In this document: piece after piece, positions 58,578-64,000 of the stretch
Numbering within the stretch: the first letter of the stretch is position 1
How the letters are laid out: each line of letters opens with the position of its first letter
DNA from: Mobula hypostoma
Taxonomy: Eukaryota
DNA: 64,000 bases
Assembly: GCF_963921235.1 (NCBI RefSeq)
Contig: NC_086097.1
Coordinates: 256,248,001-256,312,000 of the forward strand
Direction of reading: 5' to 3'
The notes under the pieces: model-generated
Told to the model about the DNA's origin: nothing
Seen by the model: only the letters and a program-made list of their open reading frames with translations
Databases searched by the model: none
Translations under genes and position numbers: made by a program

Positions 58578-60930
58578 TTTGTTAAGTGTGTCCAGGACGG
58601 ATTCCTGTCACAGTATGTGGACAGGCCAACTGGGGGAATGCCATACTAGATCTAGTACCAGGTAATGAACCGGGTCAGGTCACACATCTCTCAGTGGGTG
58701 AGCATCTGGAGGACAGTGACCACTGTTCCCTGGCCTTTGGCATCATCATGGAAAAGGATCGAATCAGAGAGGACAGGAAAATTTTAAATTGGGGAAGGGC
58801 AAATTATAAGGCTATAAGGCTAGAACTTGCCGGTGTGAATTGGGATGATGCTTTTGCAGGGAAATGTACTATGGACATGTGGTCGATGTTTAGAGATCTC
58901 TTGCGGGATGTTAGGGATAAAATTGTCCCGGTGAGGAAGATAAAGAATGGTAGGGTGAAGGAACCATGGGTGACAAGTGAGGTGGAAAATCTAGTCGGGT
59001 GGAAGAAGGCAGCATACATGAGGTTTAGGAAGCAAGGATCAGATGGGTCTATTGAGGAATATAGGGAAGCAAGAAAGGAGCTTAAGAAGGGGCTGAGAAG
59101 AGCAAGAAGGGGGCATGAGAAGGCTTTGGCGAGTAGGGTAAAGGAAAACCCCAAGGCATTCTTCGATTATGAGAAGAAAAAAAGGATGACAGGAGTGAAG
59201 GTAGGACCGATTAGAGATAAAGGTGGGAAGATGTGCCTGGAGGCTGTGGAAGTGAGCGAGGTCCTCAATGAATACTTCTCTTCGGTATTCACCAATGAGA
59301 GGGAACTTGATGATGGCGAGGACAATATGAGTGAGGTTGATGTTCTGGAGCATGTTGATATTAAGAGAGAGGAGGTGTTGGAGTTGTTAAAATACATTAG
59401 GACGGGTAAGTCCCCGGGTCCTGACGGAATATTCCCCAGGCTGCTCCACGAAGCGAGGGAAGAGTTTGCTGAGCCTCTGGCTAGGATCTTTATGTCCTCG
59501 TTGTCCACGGGAATGGTACCGGAGGATTGGAGGGAGGTGAATGGTGTCCCCTTGTTCAAAAAAGATAGTAGGGATAGTCCGGGTAATTATAGACCAGCAA
59601 GCCTTACATCTGTGGTGGGAAAGCTGCTGGAAAAGATTCTTTGAGATAGGATCTATGGACATTTAGAGAATCGTGGTCTGATCAGGGACAGTCAGCATGG
59701 TTTTGTGAAGGGCAGATCGTGTCTAACAAGCCTGATAGAGTTCTTTGAGGAGGTGACCAAGCATACAGATGAGGGTGGTGCAGTGGATGTGATCTATATG
59801 GATTTTAGTAAGGCATTTGACAAGGTTCCACACGGCAGGTTTATTCAGAAAGTTAGAAGGCATGGGATCCAAGGAGGTTTGGCCACGTGGATTCAGAATT
59901 GGCTTGCCTGCAGAAGGCAGAGGGTCGTAGTGGAGGAAGTACATTTGGATTGGAGGATTATGACTAGTGGTGTCCCACAAGGATCTGTTCTGGGACCTCT
60001 ACTTTTCATGATTTTTATTAACGACCTGGATATGGGGGTAGAAGGGTGGGTTGGCAAGTTTGCATACGACACAAAGGTTGGTGGTGATGTAGATAGTGTA
60101 GAGAATTGTCAAAGATTGCAGAGAGACATTGATAGGATGCAGAAGTGGGCTGAGAAGTGGCAGATGGAGTTCAACCTGGAGAAGTGTGAGGTGGTATACT
60201 TTGGAGTACAAAGTAAAAGGCAGGATACTTGGTATTGTGGAGGAGCAGAGGGATCTCGGGGTACATGTCCACAGATCCCTGAAAGTTGCCTCACAGGTAG
60301 ATAGGGAAGTTAAGAAAGCTTATGGGGTGTTGGCTTTCATAAGTCGGGGGATAGAGTTTAAGAGTTGCGATGTAATGATGCAGCTCTATAAAACTCTGGT
60401 TAGGCCACACTTGGAGTACTGTGTCCAGTTCTGGTCGCCTCACTATAGGAAGGATGTGGAAGCATTGGAAAGGGTACAGAGATTTACTAGGATGCTGCCT
60501 GGTTTAGAGAGTATGCATTATGATCAGAGATTAAGGAAGCTAGGGCTTTACTCATTGGAGAGGAGGAGGATGAAAGGAGACATGATAGAGGTGTACAAGA
60601 TAATAAGAGGAATAGATAGCGTAGATAGCCAGCGCCTCTTCCCCAGGGCACCACTGCTCAATACAAGAGGACATGGCTTTAAGGTAAGGGGTGGGAAGTT
60701 CAAGGGGGATATTAGAGGAAGGTTTTTTACTCAGAAAGTGGCTGGTGCGTGGAATGCACTGCCTGAGTCAGTGGTGGAGGCAGATACTCCAGTGAAGTTT
60801 AAGAGATTACTAGACAGGTATATGGAGGAATTTAAGGTGGGGGGTTATATGGGAGGCAGGGTGAGAGGGTCGTCACAACATTGTGGGCCAAAGGGCCTGT
60901 ACTGTGCTGTACTATTCTACGTTCTATGTT
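58578..60930 (+). mobile_element. CR1 family A, 5'-truncated in APE
   Basis: ORFs 58586-59644, 59705-60304 and 60129-60962. Confidence 0.95.
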
Positions 60931-61315
60931 TTCGTCTTGGAGCAATGGAGGATGAGAAGTGACCTCATAGAGGTGTATAAGATGTTGAGGGGTATTGATC
61001 ATGTGGATAGCCAGAGGCTTTTTCTCTGGGCTGAAATGGCTGACACGAGGGGGCATAGTTTTAAGGTGCTTGGAAATAGGTACTGATGGGATGTCAGGGG
61101 CAAGTTTTTCCACACAGAGTGGTGAGTGCTCTGCCTGCATTTGTACCCAATCATTGGCTTGTCTTTCCTCACATTTATGTTACACCCATCATCTACTTGT
61201 AAACTTGTTTGGTCATCCTCAGCAATATCATCCTGGCTCCCATCAATAATATTAATTACTGCATAATCACAATTGCCCAATGCATAAATATGAATAGATT
61301 CCTGAATTATCTCAC

Positions 61316-61436
61316 CCTCCTGGTAGTTATGTGCTCCATCCGGCAAAGCAAGAAATGGAAGGTATTTCCATTCCTCAGGTAAGCTGTGACCATCATGTCC
61401 TTTTTCGGAAACCAACGGTGGATATGAAAATTCAAC
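61316..61436 (-). CDS. AVL9: AVL9 (late secretory pathway protein, DENN-like) internal coding exon, 121 bp; most 5' exon in window (probably exon 2)
   Basis: Minus strand ctgcag|GTTGAATTT...CAGGAGG|gtgag translates VEFSYPPLVSEKGHDGHSLPEEWKYLPFLALPDGAHNYQE(G/D), recognised as the AVL9 N-terminal region. Ends in phase 1, matching the next exon (G+AT = Asp). Confidence 0.93.
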
Positions 61437-61741
61437 CTGCAGGATTTCATAATGGAACAGTAATATGGAATCAAGAATAATTTGCAAAGTATTTGTAAAG
61501 ATCACTATTAGAAGCTATCTTGCCATTAAGCCAAGTACAAAATTCCCTGGTTTGGAAATTAGTGACCACTTTGAATTTTGTCACGAGGGCCTCTCACCAG
61601 TCCACAGAATTTTTCAGATCCTTTCAAAATCTTAAATAGGTGAGAAAGGAAATAGTAAAATAAAGTTGCCATTTCTTCAGTATTCTTGGTTCATTACTGG
61701 CTGGGTTAGTGCACCGATATTATTGAGAATATCTTCCTTTG

Positions 61742-61970
61742 TCATAGGTGGAGGACCGGGTAGTGTTGAGGAAACAGAGAACCTGCAAAGAGACTTAGAT
61801 AGTTTAGCAGAATGGGCAAAGAAGTGGCAAATGAAATACAATGTTGGAAAGCGTATGGTCATGCACTTTGGTGGAAAAAATAAACAAGTAGACTATTATT
61901 TAGATGGGGAGAGAAATCAAAATGCAGTGATGCAAAGAGACTTGGGAGTCCTTGTGCAGGATACCCTAAA
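61742..61970 (+). mobile_element. CR1 RT fragment
   Basis: LQRDLDSLAEWAKKWQMKYN. Confidence 0.85.
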
Positions 61971-61971
61971 G

Positions 61972-62505
61972 CAGGGGCGTCAAACTCATTTTAGGTCACG
62001 GGCCGGATTGGGCAAAATGCGACTTCACGCAGGCTGGATCAGTTGTGCACGCGTGCTCCCACAGCTTTCATTGCCTTCGTTTTTTCAACCTGCTCTCATG
62101 TATCTCAGTCTCTGCTATAACTACAAAGTGTTTCCCTTTACGAATTTCATTTCTTATGAAGAAGATTGCCTAGCAAGCATTATTTTTATGATTGGTATTA
62201 ACTTACAGTCGTAGGCTACAAAAAAGTTGTGATGAGAGAGAGAAAAATCGATGCTATTTTGGCTAAGATTGTTTTGGGAGCCACACCCTTTCCATTAATA
62301 AACCATTTGAAATCGAACATTAGTAGACACAAATGTAGACCTAACAAAACAAATGGTAAATGTAGGCTACACAACTACACCTAATTTTTATTAGCCTGCT
62401 TCCAGCAATCAAACTCAGACAATGAACACAGTTAGCCTCTAATTCTTATTGAAGTGATCACATTTACAATAATAGAATAGTCAGAAAATGAATCACAATA
62501 TTATG
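61972..62505. mobile_element. Probable hAT (Charlie-type) non-autonomous element, one end only
   Basis: Begins caggggcgtcaaactc..cgggccggat, a typical hAT terminus; the other TIR is not seen. Confidence 0.55.
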
Positions 62506-62507
62506 AC

Positions 62508-64000
62508 ACTGTCAAAGGCAAAGTGAATAGGAATAAGGAGCCTTGGTTCTCAAGGGATATTGCAACTCTGATAAAGAAGAGAGAGTTGTACAACATGTAT
62601 AGGAAACAGGGAGTAAATAATGTGCTTGAGGAGTATAAAAAGTGCAAGAAAATACTTAAGAAGGAAACCAGGAAGGCTAAAAGAAGACATGAGGTTGCCT
62701 TGGCAGTCAAAGTGAAGGACAATCCAAAGAGCTTTTACAGGTATGTTAAGAGTAAAAGGATTGTAAGGGATAAAATTGAGGGATATTACGATTGAGGAAC
62801 GTGTTTGTAGACTGGATATTGAACTTTTTGCTGTTGGACTTCGGCCATATTCCACCGAGATACAACACTGGGCGGCACAGGAGGTTGTTCCTGCTTGTGG
62901 CCATCAAACTTTGCAGCTCCTCCCGTGAAGGGTCAGACACCCTGAGCCAATAGGCTGGGCCTGGACTTATTTTCCATCTGGCATAGTTTGCACTTTGTTG
63001 TTTGATTGTTTGTGGTTTTTGTATTGCTATATTTATGCTCTATTCTTGGTTGGTGCGGCTGTAACGAAACCCAATTTCCCTCGGGATCAATAAAGTATAT
63101 CTATCTATCTATCGATCTAAAATTGGTCCTCTTCAAGATCAGAGTGGTCGACTATGTGTGGAACCAAAAGAAATGGCGGAGATCTTAAATGGGTTTTTTG
63201 CGTCCGAATTTACTAAGGAAACTGGCATGAAGTCTATGGAATTAAGGGAAACAAGTAGTGAGATCATGGAAACTGTACAGATTGAAAAGGAGGAGGTGCT
63301 TGCTATCTTGAGGAAAATTAAAGTGGATAAATTGCCAGGACCTGACAGGGTGTTCCCTCAGACTTTGACGGGACTAGTGTTGAAACTGCAGGGGCCCTGG
63401 CAGAAATATTTAAAATGTCAGTGTCTACGGGTGAGGTGCCGGAGGATTGGAGAGTGGCTCATGTTGTTCCGTTGTTTAAAAAAGGATCGAAAAGTAATCC
63501 GGGAAATTATAGGCCGGTAAATTTGACGTCGGTAGTGGGTAAGTTATTGGAGGGAGTACTAAGAGACAGAATCTACAAGCTTTTGGAGAGACAAGGACTT
63601 ATTAGGGAGAGTCAACATGGCTTTGTGCACGGTAGGTCATGTTTGACCAATCTATTGGAGTTTTTCGAGGAGGTTACCAGGAAAGTGGATGAAGGGAAGG
63701 CAGTGGATGTTGTGTACATGGACTTCAGTAAGGCCTTTGACAAGGTCCCGCATGGGAGGTTAGTTAGGAAAATTCAGTCACTAGGTATACATGGAGAGGT
63801 GGTAAATTGGATTAGACATTGGCTCAATGAAAGAAGCCAAAGAGTGGTAGTAGAGAATTGCCTCTCAGAGTGGAGGCCTGTGATTAGTGGTGTGCCACAG
63901 GGATCAGTGCTGGGTCCATTGTTATTTGTCATCTATATCAATGATTTGGATGATAATGTGGTGAATTGGATCAGCAAATTTGCTGATGATACAAAGATTG
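62508..64000 (+). mobile_element. CR1 family C (linker, RT), runs off the window; interrupted at 62779-63117
   Basis: Near-identical to 11860-12995. Confidence 0.95.
62779..63117 (+). mobile_element. Short bipartite retroposon with Rex1-derived 3' part and (TCTA)n tail
   Basis: 8-bp TSD taaaattg (62771-62778 / 63118-63125); 3' part matches 49267-49386 and 49469-49498. Confidence 0.88.

Larger units (their letters stand above)
56410..61130 (+). mobile_element. Older CR1 (B-related) host carrying inserts at 57879-58227 and 58578-60930
   Basis: ORFs 56430, 57041, 58251 and 60883; host rejoins across both inserts. Confidence 0.85.

Noticed and set aside
60999..61505. 168-aa single-exon ORF as a gene
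   Set aside because: Only 61316-61436 is AVL9-like and bounded by splice sites; the rest is intron read-through.
1..64000. Prokaryotic system (retron, DGR, defence island) suggested by the many RT ORFs
   Set aside because: All RTs are eukaryotic non-LTR or LTR types, CpG is depleted, and spliceosomal exons are present.

Overview
Eukaryotic (vertebrate) genomic DNA. The repeat content (esterase-type CR1 LINEs, Penelope elements) suggests a cartilaginous fish, but this is inference. The window lies inside a minus-strand host gene, AVL9: three small coding exons (61316-61436, 29862-29947, 19284-19355; all GT-AG and phase-consistent) sit in very large introns that are almost entirely nested transposon debris. 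The debris includes at least six CR1 families, Rex1/Babar, L1, an RNase H-bearing I/Nimb-group LINE, four Penelope insertions with hammerhead-ribozyme (HHR) motifs, a Gypsy element with integrase upstream of RT (Gmr1-like), pogo/Tigger and hAT DNA transposons, a tRNA-SINE and several non-coding LINE-tailed elements. No intact autonomous element is present, and most ORF-track entries are TE fragments or their antisense shadows. Most interesting observations: (1) a U_UUA_AAC-type slippery heptamer in exact -1 frameshift phase at CR1 ORF1/ORF2 junctions (four canonical, one variant), with no AUG before the endonuclease domain in the two cleanest copies; (2) fold-back Penelope mini-inserts whose inversion points fall inside the HHR; (3) bipartite non-coding elements that share a 16-nt motif and, in one case, a Rex1-type 3' end; (4) a CR1 3' tail that appears to supply the branch point of an AVL9 exon. 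Exon and TSD coordinates were counted by hand. Many TE boundaries are approximate (tens of bp), and the CR1 family letters A-F are my own labels.
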